From the NCBI GenBank assembly GCA_016181765.1, contig JACOYR010000001.1:93062-157061 (forward strand): a DNA stretch of 64,000 bases, given 5' to 3'. The number at the start of each line of letters is the position of its first letter. Position 1 is the first letter of the stretch. Under the pieces are notes generated by a model. It was given only the letters and a program-made list of their open reading frames with translations. It ran no database searches and had not been told where the DNA came from. A program made the translations under genes and the position numbers. This document shows positions 27,337 through 37,046 of this stretch, in pieces. Origin of the DNA: Parcubacteria group bacterium (lineage in GTDB: Bacteria > Patescibacteriota > Patescibacteriia > UBA2169).

Positions 27337-28476
27337 CTATCTGGTCGCGCCGCTGTAGGCGATCGCCCGCACCGCGTCCCAGGCAGTTGCAGTCTCGGGA
27401 GTGCGCTTAAAGATTGCCTCATAGCTCTTGATGGCTGCCTTTTCGCTGTCCAACTTCCGGCCGCTCGGGCGCAAGCCATACGCCATCACCACCACTGCGG
27501 CGTCATCCCGCGCATTGGTCCGCACCGGAGCGCGCTTGTAGATGACTCTAAAGTTCGCTTCTGCGGTTGCCTCGCGGTCCGTATCCGTCTGCCCGGGCCA
27601 GCGGCCGTTTGCGATCTTTACCACATCTTCCCAGTCAGTATCGCTCGCCGGCAAACGTCCGAACGCTTCTTTGAACGAGTTCACGACTCCTCCGCGCTCA
27701 CCTGCGCCCAGCGTGGTGGTCGTCGGCGTCCCGTAGGTCACGAAACTCACCAGTTTTTCCCGCACTGCGCTTGAAACGCTCGGCTCGCTTGCCACAACCT
27801 TGCTCACGATTGATTTATCATACGAAGCCTCTTGCGCCGCATCAACAACCTTGTTCACTCTGGCCGCAATGTCCGCTTTCAGGCTCTGCGCGATGCTTGC
27901 GGCGTCTGACTTGACATTCGCGAGGTTCGTGTCCCCTGAAGCCGCAGGAGCTGATGCCGCCGGTGCTGCAGAAGCTGACTCGCTAGTGGTCAATTCTCCT
28001 GTTGTCGGATTGTACGTCTGTTGGGTTGTTTTGCCGCCGCCGCCACCTCCACCTCCGCCGCCCGTGGAAACGCCGCCTCCGCCGCAATCATTGGAACGAG
28101 GAACCACTGTATACGTCGCAGCTGTAGTGGGGAGCGTTATTTGAGTGGTTCCCGGGTTGCCGTTTCCGGAGCACGTAACCTTGATGCCGCTGTTATCAAT
28201 TTGAATTGACCGCACCGCAACATCAGATGAACCAACATTGAACGTGCCGGGATTGGTAACGCTGAACGTGCCGCTTGAGAATGACCATGATTCTGTTGTG
28301 GAGCCGCTGAAGATAATCATGTCTACCGTAGCGCCAGTTGTTGCGTCAATAGTAACGCCGGTTACGGTAATGTTCGCGTCTGCTGTAAAGTCCGTGGTTG
28401 CAGCCTGAACGGCAACACTGAACATAAGCGGAGTAATAAGCAGGGCGACCAGCGCTGCTATGGATATTTTTCTCAT
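27337..28476 (-). CDS. Secreted or cell-surface protein with a poly-Gly linker and C-terminal tandem repeats
   Basis: Signal peptide (MRKISIAALVALLITPLMFSVAVQA), a Thr/Ser-rich beta-rich N-domain, a GGGGVSTGGGGGGGGGG linker and three C-terminal repeats of about 35 aa (..F.RxP....W..V..IAY.G). Confidence 0.6.
   Translation of the reverse strand: MRKISIAALVALLITPLMFSVAVQAATTDFTADANITVTGVTIDATTGATVDMIIFSGSTTESWSFSSGTFSVTNPGTFNVGSSDVAVRSIQIDNSGIKVTCSGNGNPGTTQITLPTTAATYTVVPRSNDCGGGGVSTGGGGGGGGGGKTTQQTYNPTTGELTTSESASAAPAASAPAASGDTNLANVKSDAASIAQSLKADIAARVNKVVDAAQEASYDKSIVSKVVASEPSVSSAVREKLVSFVTYGTPTTTTLGAGERGGVVNSFKEAFGRLPASDTDWEDVVKIANGRWPGQTDTDREATAEANFRVIYKRAPVRTNARDDAAVVVMAYGLRPSGRKLDSEKAAIKSYEAIFKRTPETATAWDAVRAIAYSGATR
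28031..28087. repeat. GCC/ACC trinucleotide simple-sequence tract encoding poly-Gly
   Basis: GCCGCCGCCGCCACCTCCACCTCCGCCGCC... lies within the secreted-protein gene and could allow in-frame length variation. Confidence 0.7.
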
Positions 28477-28515
28477 AGGTATGTGTTATGGTTACTCTTC
28501 ATGAATACCTATGCC

Positions 28516-29247
28516 TTAGAAGCAACTGGTGGTGGAAGTCGCCCATCCGCCGAGCGTGTTGTCCACATCCGGCCACATGTAGTAGTTAATAACCGTACCA
28601 TCGGCTTTGTATGACTTAACACGGAAGCAGGGCAAACCCACATCAATAGATGAAGTGGCGTTTGCTTGCGGATCGCCTATCGAAAGCAGTGCCTGCGGAG
28701 TGCTGGATCCGATACCGACCCTATCAGCCGATGCATCAACCATGAATAAATTATTGAGTGAATCACCCTCCCACCTCAAATCAGCAAAAGCCAGAGAATC
28801 TTCATTGCCAACAGTCACGCCGCTTGCATTAATAGTAAGTAATTCCGCGGTAGTTGAACCAACCATGAAAGCCGTCTTCCCTGCTGCCGCTTGAACCGCG
28901 AGCGTGGCATTTGGCGTGGAGCTTGCAACGCCCACATTGCCGCCATCCAGAACCGTAAAGACCTCGGTTTGCCCGTCAATTATATTCACCAAATCGCCGG
29001 TGCTGGAGTTGTATACCGCAAACGTGGTTGATGATGTGGCGCCATTAACTGTCAGCGGGGTGTCGGCGCTGGCGGTTATGTCAACAATACCCGTGGCAGT
29101 AACCGTCCCGGTTGAGACATTGTTGCCGATGGTGGTGGCCGCACTGGTCATAGTAACCACAACCAAGGCAACAAAAAAAGTAGCCAGCGCACTCTGCAGA
29201 GCTACTCTCGTGTGTTGTTTTATTTTCATATGCATTTGGTTAAGCAT
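28516..29247 (-). CDS. Ser/Thr-rich surface protein with an N-terminal signal anchor
   Basis: Hydrophobic N-terminus (ALATFFVALVVVTMTSAA). Recurring V-G-x-x-S-S-T-P-x-A-x-L motifs resemble tail-fibre or adhesin-like repeats. The start may be the internal MKIKQ at 29229. Confidence 0.5.
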   Translation of the reverse strand: MLNQMHMKIKQHTRVALQSALATFFVALVVVTMTSAATTIGNNVSTGTVTATGIVDITASADTPLTVNGATSSTTFAVYNSSTGDLVNIIDGQTEVFTVLDGGNVGVASSTPNATLAVQAAAGKTAFMVGSTTAELLTINASGVTVGNEDSLAFADLRWEGDSLNNLFMVDASADRVGIGSSTPQALLSIGDPQANATSSIDVGLPCFRVKSYKADGTVINYYMWPDVDNTLGGWATSTTSCF

Positions 29248-29275
29248 AGTTTAGCTTTAAGCGTTTTAATAAAAT

Positions 29276-29345
29276 TGTGGATAAATATTTTTATCCATAT
29301 CCAGTATACCATATTCTTGACAGTCAAGTGAAAAGTTATCCACAT
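29276..29345. promoter_or_regulatory. Cluster of DnaA-box-like 9-mers and an inverted repeat in a bidirectional promoter region
   Basis: TTATCCACA lies on the minus strand at 29277-29285 and on the plus strand at 29336-29344. A one-mismatch copy TTATCCATA lies at 29292-29300. TGTGGATAAATATTTTTATCCATA is itself an inverted repeat. TTGACA is at 29318-29323. Confidence 0.35.
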
Positions 29346-29417
29346 AGTGAACAAATTAAGTCCAAGCGCACTCAAGCTTTACAAAATGCAAAAAATTGGG
29401 TAGATTAGTGATGTTGT

Positions 29418-30782
29418 ATGACTGAAAAATTCCGACAATTTATCCTGTTTTTGGGGGATATTGCACTTCTTTATGCCTCTCTGTTCCTGGCGCTCTCCGC
29501 AAGAAACCAGTCCATTATCTCGGGCCAAGACTGGTCAAGCCACTGGCCCGTGTTTTCCATTGCCTTTGCCATTTGGATCATTATCTTCTATATCACCGGG
29601 GTCTATGACCTCAACAACATCAGGAACGATTTGCGGTTCTACGCCACCGCGAGCCAGGCCATGGGAGTCAATATCCTGCTTGCTATTGCCTTTTTCTACG
29701 TTCTCCCGCAGGCCCAATTGGCCCCTAAAACGATTCTGGTGCTGAATGGAGTGTTGTTCTTTGTCCTGTTCGTGGGCTGGCGCCAGCTCGCGCATAGGTG
29801 GATTTCCAAAACCGCGCTCAAGCGCAATGTGCTCATTATCGGGGAGGGCGCCATTGCCCGGGAACTCACCGAGCTTCTGGACCACAACCCGCAGTTCGGG
29901 TACCAGATTGCGGCGATTTTGAACCACAACGCAAACGACCACCACGGGAACCTCGCGGACTACCGCGACCCGGGCCAGCTCTCCGGAGTGCTCGCTCATC
30001 ACCGCATCTCGGTTGTGGTGCTGGATAGCGAAGGCCGGAAATCAAAACAGCTCATCGCTAACCTCTACCGCCACTTGGGCGAACCTTTGGAATTTATCGC
30101 CCTGGACCGGTTCTACGAGGCAATCGCCAAGCGCATTTCCCTGGATACCATAGACCAGTTCTGGTTCCTGGAAAACCTCCAGGAGGGCAAAAAACGGCTC
30201 TACGACCTTGGAAAACGCACGGTTGATATGGTTGCCGCGGCAATCGGCCTTGTGTTCGGTATTGCCTTGATTCCGCTCATAGGCCTCATTATTTTGATAT
30301 TCCACGGCAGGCCCGTCTTTTTCACACAGACGCGCCTGGGTAAAAACGCAAAACCATTCCGGGCCATCAAATTCAGGACCATGGTCCCAGACGCGGAAAA
30401 GCACGGCCCCCAGCTCGCGGTAAAAGACGACAGCCGCGTCACTAGGCTCGGCAGAATCCTGCGCAAGAGCAGGCTGGACGAAATTCCGCAGCTGTTTAAT
30501 ATTTTCAAGGGCGAAATGAGCTTTGTGGGCCCTAGGCCGGAGCGGCCTGAATTCGTGGAACAACTGGAACGGGACGTGCCGTTTTACCGCGAACGTTTGC
30601 TTGTAAAACCGGGCTTGACTGGCTGGGACCAAATCTCCGGGGAATACCACTCCGCAAGCCGGCCTGACTCCTTGAAAAAGCTTCAGTACGATCTGTACTA
30701 CATCAAAAACCGTTCTCTATTCCTGGATATCACCATCATCCTTAAAACCATTAAAACCGTGCTCGCCGGAGCCGGGCGCTAA
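29418..30782 (+). CDS. Undecaprenyl-phosphate sugar phosphotransferase (WbaP/CpsE-like initiating transferase)
   Basis: N-terminal transmembrane segments, then the conserved bacterial sugar-transferase C-domain (FKFRTM...RLDEIPQLFNIFKGEMSFVGPRPE). Confidence 0.85.
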   Translation: MTEKFRQFILFLGDIALLYASLFLALSARNQSIISGQDWSSHWPVFSIAFAIWIIIFYITGVYDLNNIRNDLRFYATASQAMGVNILLAIAFFYVLPQAQLAPKTILVLNGVLFFVLFVGWRQLAHRWISKTALKRNVLIIGEGAIARELTELLDHNPQFGYQIAAILNHNANDHHGNLADYRDPGQLSGVLAHHRISVVVLDSEGRKSKQLIANLYRHLGEPLEFIALDRFYEAIAKRISLDTIDQFWFLENLQEGKKRLYDLGKRTVDMVAAAIGLVFGIALIPLIGLIILIFHGRPVFFTQTRLGKNAKPFRAIKFRTMVPDAEKHGPQLAVKDDSRVTRLGRILRKSRLDEIPQLFNIFKGEMSFVGPRPERPEFVEQLERDVPFYRERLLVKPGLTGWDQISGEYHSASRPDSLKKLQYDLYYIKNRSLFLDITIILKTIKTVLAGAGR

Positions 30783-30785
30783 CCT

Positions 30786-31955
30786 ATGGCTGGACAACCA
30801 CGCGTTTTATTCTGCACCGGCGTGTTTCCGCCCGCAATCGGCGGACCAGGTAAAATTGTTGAACAATTGGCTGGTGCGCTCTCGGGAAATGGATACGAAT
30901 GCCGTGTATTGACGTTTGGCAGGGATGATGGAGCGAGCCAGCCGTATGACGTCAATCGGATACCACTCGCAATCCCCCAACCCTTGCGATTAATGATGAC
31001 ACTGTTTAAGACGCTTTGGCTTGGCCGACGCGCTGACATCATCTATTCCCTGGATACGTACTCAAGCGGCTTTGCCGCCGCAATCGCATCACAAATACTC
31101 CGCAAACCTTTGATTCAGCGGTTCAGCGGAGACTCGGCCTGGGAAAGCGCCTTTAATGCCGGAGAGACGGATGATGATATAGCCACATTCCAGAACAGGC
31201 CCCATGGCGTGAGGACGAAACTATTGATGTGGCGTAGGAATTTTGTTCTCAAAACAGCGCGGACAATTATTACGGACAGTGAATTCCTCAAAAATTTCCT
31301 CCAAACAATCGGGATTGATGCAAGCAAGGTGATAGTCATCCGAAATCCGGTTGAAGCGCAATCCTCTTTTGACTTTGACAGAGAAGCTTTCAAACAAGAA
31401 CATGGCTTCAAGCAAAACGTCATACTGACCATGGCGCGTCTGGTTCCTTGGAAAGGAATTTCTGCTCTAATTGAGAGCATGCCTGATATTCTTGCCAGCC
31501 ACCCGGACACAACACTGGTTATCGCAGGCGTTGGCCCGAGCGAACAGGAGCTTAAAAAATTGGTAAATGACCAAAAGATTGGTAATTCTGTTTTATTCCT
31601 TGGGAACGTGACAGATAGGCAAGAAAAGCAGAAGCTGTACGCCGCAACTGACGTATTCGTGCTCAACACGTTCTACGAAAGCATGTCCAATGTGTTGCTT
31701 GAAGCAATGGCAGCGGGTCGCGCGATTGTGACAACCCGGGCAGGCGGCAATCCGGAATTTGTGAATGATGAGAATGGCATGCTCGTGCGCTATAATGATA
31801 ATGTCCAGATGACAAGCGCCATCGCAAATCTCCTGGATGATGCGGCGCTTCGGCAAAAGCTCGGCCAACAAGCCCGCCAGACGGTCCAGCAGTTCACTGT
31901 GGAAAATTTTGTAAATGAGAATACTAAAATTTTAACAGGTGTGCAGGGTGTGTAA
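30786..31955 (+). CDS. Family 4 glycosyltransferase
   Basis: GT-B fold with an E-x7-E region (NVLLEAMAAGRAIVTT). Its last six codons and the stop lie inside the left arm of palindromic element copy 3. Confidence 0.8.
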   Translation: MAGQPRVLFCTGVFPPAIGGPGKIVEQLAGALSGNGYECRVLTFGRDDGASQPYDVNRIPLAIPQPLRLMMTLFKTLWLGRRADIIYSLDTYSSGFAAAIASQILRKPLIQRFSGDSAWESAFNAGETDDDIATFQNRPHGVRTKLLMWRRNFVLKTARTIITDSEFLKNFLQTIGIDASKVIVIRNPVEAQSSFDFDREAFKQEHGFKQNVILTMARLVPWKGISALIESMPDILASHPDTTLVIAGVGPSEQELKKLVNDQKIGNSVLFLGNVTDRQEKQKLYAATDVFVLNTFYESMSNVLLEAMAAGRAIVTTRAGGNPEFVNDENGMLVRYNDNVQMTSAIANLLDDAALRQKLGQQARQTVQQFTVENFVNENTKILTGVQGV

Positions 31956-32040
31956 ATTTTGAAACGAGAATGCATGGAGCCCGCCGAATCGGCGGGCGAC
32001 CCTTCGGAGTTGAAAAATTTATACACCCGAACACCCTGCA
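31937..32040. repeat. Intergenic palindromic element, copy 3 (with an inserted GC hairpin)
   Basis: Arms AGGTGTGCAGGGTGTGTAAATTTT / AAAAATTTATACACCCGAACACCCTGC flank the core GAAACGAGAATGCATGGAG[CCCGCCGAATCGGCGGGC]GACCCTTCGGAGTTG. The inserted hairpin resembles the terminator at 27285. Confidence 0.8.
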
Positions 32041-32053
32041 AAATCCCATTCAT

Positions 32054-32982
<929 letters not shown>

Positions 32983-32986
<4 letters not shown>

Positions 32987-33933
32987 CTGTGCTTGTAACC
33001 GGCTCTGCCGGATTCATCGGATTCCACGTTGCCAAATCCCTGCTTGACCGGGGCGATGTTGTGGTTGGCATTGACAACTTCAACTCCTATTATAACCCCA
33101 AACTCAAAGAAGACCGGAATGCGATTTTGGAAAAGTACGACAATTACAAACTTTACCGCGTTGACATCACGGACCGGAACTCACTCAACGATGTATTCAG
33201 TAAAGAAAAAATTGACATAGTGTGCCACCTCGCGGCCCAAGCAGGAGCGCGCTATTCCATTGATCATCCAGCCGAATACGTGCAAACAAACATTCAGGGC
33301 ACACTGAATATTTTTGAAGCGGCACGCGACCATGGCGTAAAAAACATTATATTTGCCTCAAGCTCTTCGGTGTACGGGAACAATCCGGTTCCTTGGAGCG
33401 AATCCCAGGCAGTTGACGAACCTATTAACCCATACGGTGCCTCAAAACGCGCAACTGAACTCTTAGCCTACACCTACCACACGCTGTACGGCCTCAATAT
33501 GACTGCCTTGCGTTTTTTTACGGTCTACGGCCCTTGGGGCAGGCCTGACATGGCTTACTTTAAGTGGACCCAGGCAATCACTAAAGGCGAGCCTATTGAT
33601 GTCTATAACAATGGCAACATGAAGCGCGACTTCACATACATTGATGACATTGTGGCAGGAACCCTGGCCGTGATTGACAATCCGAAGCCGTACGAAATCT
33701 ACAACCTCGGCAACCACGCCAGCGAAGAGCTTGGCGCTATGATTGGGCTGATTGAACGAGAGCTGAAAAAACAAGCGCAAAAAAATCTCCTGCCCATGCA
33801 AGCCGGGGACTTTTTAGAAAACTTTGCGGACATTACAAAAGCAAAACGCGACCTGGATTTTGAACCCAAAACGCGGCTAGAAGAAGGAATCAAAAAATTT
33901 GTGGCCTGGTACAAAGAGTACTACCAGCTATGA
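32983..33933 (+). CDS. UDP-glucuronate 4-epimerase-like NAD-dependent epimerase
   Basis: The 316 aa ORF has GSAGFIG, YGASK and the FFTVYGPWGRPDMA motif typical of UDP-GlcA/GalA epimerases. Confidence 0.7.
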
Positions 33934-34902
33934 TAAACGCTTGAGGTCCGCATCCATCATCATCGCAACCAACTCACTAAATGAAACTTTCGGCTCCCAG
34001 CCAAGTATGTGCTGGGATTTTCGGTAGTCCCCGCACAGGTCCTTCACGTCCGAAGGCCGTTTAAAACGCGGGTCTATAACCACATAGCGCTCCCAATCCG
34101 TGATTCCCGCATGCCGAAACGCGGCATCCACAAACTCCCGGACCGAATGCGACTCCCCGGTCGCAACCACAAAATTATCCGGCTCATTCTGCTGGAGCAT
34201 GAGCCACATGGCTTCCACCTCATCCCCGGCAAACCCCCAGTCGCGCTTGGCATCAAGATTTCCGAGCCGCAACTCGCTCGCTTTTCCGAGTTTGATGCGC
34301 GCCACGCCGTCCGTGATTTTCCGCGTCACAAATTCGCGCCCGCGGATTGGTGATTCGTGGTTGAAGAGGATGCCGTTGGCGCAAAACATGCCGTATGATT
34401 CTTTGTAGTTATTCACCATCCAGTAGGCATACAGCTTGCTGATGGCATACGGGCTCTGGGGCGCGAATGGCGACCCTTCGTTGAGAGGCTCGCCGTTGCC
34501 GGAATGCCCAAACATTTCGCTGGTTGATGCCTGGTAAAATTTGGTGGCCGGGCTGTGCAACTTGATTGCATTCAAAAGGTACAGCACCCCGAGCGCATTC
34601 ACCTCGGTGGTAAGTTTTGCCAAATGCCACGAAGAGCCTACGAACGACTGGGCCGCAAGATTATACACCTCATCCGGACGGATGTTTTTGATGACGTGAA
34701 TCAAGGAGGATTCATCGGTTAAGTCCCCGCTCACAAACTCAATCTGGTTCGTAACCCCGAGGTAATCCGTGTTCTCAAAGTTCGGATTCGTGTACCGCCG
34801 GATCATGCCATACACCTTGTAGCCCTTCGTAAGCAAGAGCTTGGCAAGGTACGGCCCGTCCTGGCCCAAAATCCCTGTGATGAGCGCTGTTTTTTGGTCC
34901 AT
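33928..34902 (-). CDS. gmd: GDP-mannose 4,6-dehydratase
   Basis: The start is the internal Met (MDQKTALITGILGQDGPYLAKLL). STSEMFG and YAISKLYAYWMVNNYKESYGMFCANGILFNHESPIRG are highly conserved Gmd blocks. Confidence 0.85.
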   Translation of the reverse strand: MDQKTALITGILGQDGPYLAKLLLTKGYKVYGMIRRYTNPNFENTDYLGVTNQIEFVSGDLTDESSLIHVIKNIRPDEVYNLAAQSFVGSSWHLAKLTTEVNALGVLYLLNAIKLHSPATKFYQASTSEMFGHSGNGEPLNEGSPFAPQSPYAISKLYAYWMVNNYKESYGMFCANGILFNHESPIRGREFVTRKITDGVARIKLGKASELRLGNLDAKRDWGFAGDEVEAMWLMLQQNEPDNFVVATGESHSVREFVDAAFRHAGITDWERYVVIDPRFKRPSDVKDLCGDYRKSQHILGWEPKVSFSELVAMMMDADLKRLS

Positions 34903-34906
34903 GAGG

Positions 34907-35584
34907 TTAATGGTTAGGATCAAACAACACCTCCTCTTGCGTCTGCCGGAGTTTGACAATTTTGTTTGATTCAATAAACCCGCGCAACACTGCGCCCGGG
35001 TAGCCATACACATTCTTGCCGATGAATGTGGCGGGCTGGGTCACGGTGTTGCATCCGAGCGAGCTTCCGTCCCCAATAATGGCTCCGATTTTCTCCAGGC
35101 CGGTTTTGACGCCCGCGACCTCAATCTCGTCCATGGTGACTTTTAAGTTGGAGAGCTTGGTGCCGGCGCCCAAATTGACCTTGTTGCCTAAAATACTATT
35201 CCCTACAAACGCGAAGTGCGGGGCGCGCGACTCATTCAGAAACACGGAACTGCCCACCTCGGATGCATGGCCAATGACTACGTGATCGCCGGTGAGCGTG
35301 TTGGCGCCAACGTACGCGCCATGCCTAATCTGGCAGTCCTCTCCGATAATGGCGGGCCCTGCCACCCATGCCCCGGGCTGTACCACGCTCCCTTTGCCAA
35401 GATAGACATTACTCCCGATAAACGCGCCGTCCATAACCTCCCCTAGAATCTCGGGCTTGAGGTTGTCTTTAATGTACTGTTCAAGACGCTTGATAAAATC
35501 AAACACATACTCGCTATTCTCAAATAGCGTTTTGTGCTTGAAATTTGAAAGGTCAAAGTAGTACGACAGGTCTCTTATTTCCAT
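34907..35584 (-). CDS. Hexapeptide-repeat (left-handed beta-helix) transferase, probably a sugar acyltransferase
   Basis: Repeating [LIV]-G-x-x-x-x hexapeptides run throughout the 225 aa ORF. Confidence 0.55.
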   Translation of the reverse strand: MEIRDLSYYFDLSNFKHKTLFENSEYVFDFIKRLEQYIKDNLKPEILGEVMDGAFIGSNVYLGKGSVVQPGAWVAGPAIIGEDCQIRHGAYVGANTLTGDHVVIGHASEVGSSVFLNESRAPHFAFVGNSILGNKVNLGAGTKLSNLKVTMDEIEVAGVKTGLEKIGAIIGDGSSLGCNTVTQPATFIGKNVYGYPGAVLRGFIESNKIVKLRQTQEEVLFDPNH

Positions 35585-36072
35585 ATTTTTAGAAAATCCT
35601 TAATGGCGCGCTGGTTGCTCTTGAAAGCTATTTTTTTCGGCATGTCTTTCTTCGCGAACCACTTGCTCTCAGACACGTCGTCAAACGCCCCGAGCGAGCT
35701 GGCTTTCGCCGCGGCAACATAAATGATGCACAGGGTGTGAAACGAATCAGAGCCGTGCGTATATTCATCCGGGTAAATGCCAAAAATTTTCTTTACGCTA
35801 ATGTCCAACCTGGTCTCTTCTTTCAGCTCCCGCACCACCGCGCGTTTTGGATCTTCTCCGCGGTCAATGAAGCCTCCAGGCAAATCCCATGATCCTTTAT
35901 ACGGCGCCCGGGCTCGCCTGGTCAAAAGTAGTTTATTCTTGTGCAGCACCAAAGCTGTTGCCGTAGGACGAGGATTTCGGTAGTTCACAAAATCGCACTT
36001 CGTGCACGCGAGATTATCGTCCGGCCGCAGCTTGAGTCGGCCGCCGCAGATTGAACAGAATTTATAAGACAT
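35575..36072 (-). CDS. NUDIX hydrolase with an N-terminal zinc ribbon
   Basis: Zinc ribbon CSICGG...CTKC plus the Nudix box GGFIDRGEDPKRAVVRELKEETRL. The start is uncertain (36072 or 36108). Confidence 0.7.
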   Translation of the reverse strand: MSYKFCSICGGRLKLRPDDNLACTKCDFVNYRNPRPTATALVLHKNKLLLTRRARAPYKGSWDLPGGFIDRGEDPKRAVVRELKEETRLDISVKKIFGIYPDEYTHGSDSFHTLCIIYVAAAKASSLGAFDDVSESKWFAKKDMPKKIAFKSNQRAIKDFLKIWK

Positions 36073-36116
36073 AGGGTGAATAATACATTTAATTATTATA
36101 ATCGACAAGTATTACT

Positions 36117-37046
36117 TTACTGTGCGCGAACAATTTTTTCTGCAATAATCAAATCAGTTACAGCTCTAGATTCTTGAGTAAACCCGCCGATATGGGGGGT
36201 GATGACAACATTGTTGTGCAATTTGGCATATTTGACGATTGGGTGGTTGGACGCATTGTTTCCAAATTCAGTCTCTCCTACTAGAACATCGGCCCCATAT
36301 CCGGCGATGATTTTATGCTCCAGCGCTTCCAATAAATCCGATTCATTCACTAGTGCTCCGCGGCTGGTATTGATGAGATAGGCACCGGATTTCATTTGTC
36401 TGAATGTTTCTTTATTAAATAAATCCTTGGTCTCTTCGTTGAGAGGCGCATGGATGGAAACAACATCGGACTCCGAAAGCAACATATTAAAATCAACAAT
36501 TTTGGCGCTATCAGACTCCTCCTTGTGTGGATCATGCGCTATAACGCGCATGCCAAATGCCTTGCCATACTGTGCCACCATGGAACCCAAACGGCCAAGT
36601 CCAACAATGCCGAGCATCTTTCCGGAAAGGTTATTGCCTAAAAATTTTTCCCTGCTCCAATTTCCGGATTTGACATCGTCAAATGATTCCGGAATGCGCC
36701 GCACAAGTGAAAGCAATAATCCAAACGCAAGCTCCGCGGTTCCGGTGACTTCACGTAAATCTTCATCCTGCAAACTTAATACTTCAATACCTTTCTCTTG
36801 CGCGTACGAAACATCAATATGGTCCAGTCCGGTTGTTGCGGTTGCGATAAGCTTTACATTAGGTCCGGCATCAATTATGCCCGCGTCCAAACGCAATCCA
36901 AGGCCAACGACAATTGCGTTACAATTTTTGATTGCGCCTTTAAGCTCGTCTTGCGCAAGCGCGCGATACTCAACTTCTCCGGCTTGCTCTAAAATCTTTT
37001 TCGCCTCAGGATTAAACTGATCTCCTATGGTATTAAGAATTTTCAT
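36117..37046 (-). CDS. D-isomer-specific 2-hydroxyacid dehydrogenase family protein
   Basis: GIVGLGRLG NAD-binding motif and a catalytic His region (ITPHIGG). Confidence 0.75.
   Translation of the reverse strand: MKILNTIGDQFNPEAKKILEQAGEVEYRALAQDELKGAIKNCNAIVVGLGLRLDAGIIDAGPNVKLIATATTGLDHIDVSYAQEKGIEVLSLQDEDLREVTGTAELAFGLLLSLVRRIPESFDDVKSGNWSREKFLGNNLSGKMLGIVGLGRLGSMVAQYGKAFGMRVIAHDPHKEESDSAKIVDFNMLLSESDVVSIHAPLNEETKDLFNKETFRQMKSGAYLINTSRGALVNESDLLEALEHKIIAGYGADVLVGETEFGNNASNHPIVKYAKLHNNVVITPHIGGFTQESRAVTDLIIAEKIVRAQ

Noticed and set aside
28031-28087. A CRISPR array or phase-variation switch at the GCC/ACC repeat
   Set aside because: This is a trinucleotide coding repeat (poly-Gly) with no spacer-repeat structure. 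Length changes would stay in frame, so it is not an on/off phase switch. No CRISPR-like arrays are seen anywhere in the window.
29276-29345. A chromosomal replication origin (oriC) at the DnaA-box cluster
   Set aside because: Only three boxes are present. No dnaA, dnaN or AT-rich unwinding-element arrangement is nearby. The site sits in a bidirectional promoter between biosynthetic genes. Regulatory binding is more plausible than an origin.
12928-32040. The intergenic palindromic elements as a classical orientation-dependent riboswitch
   Set aside because: Copies 1 and 2 are in the opposite orientation to copy 3 relative to their downstream genes. This favours a DNA or RNA hairpin element of the REP/MITE or terminator type over a ligand-binding leader. 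It is kept as a finding but not called a riboswitch.
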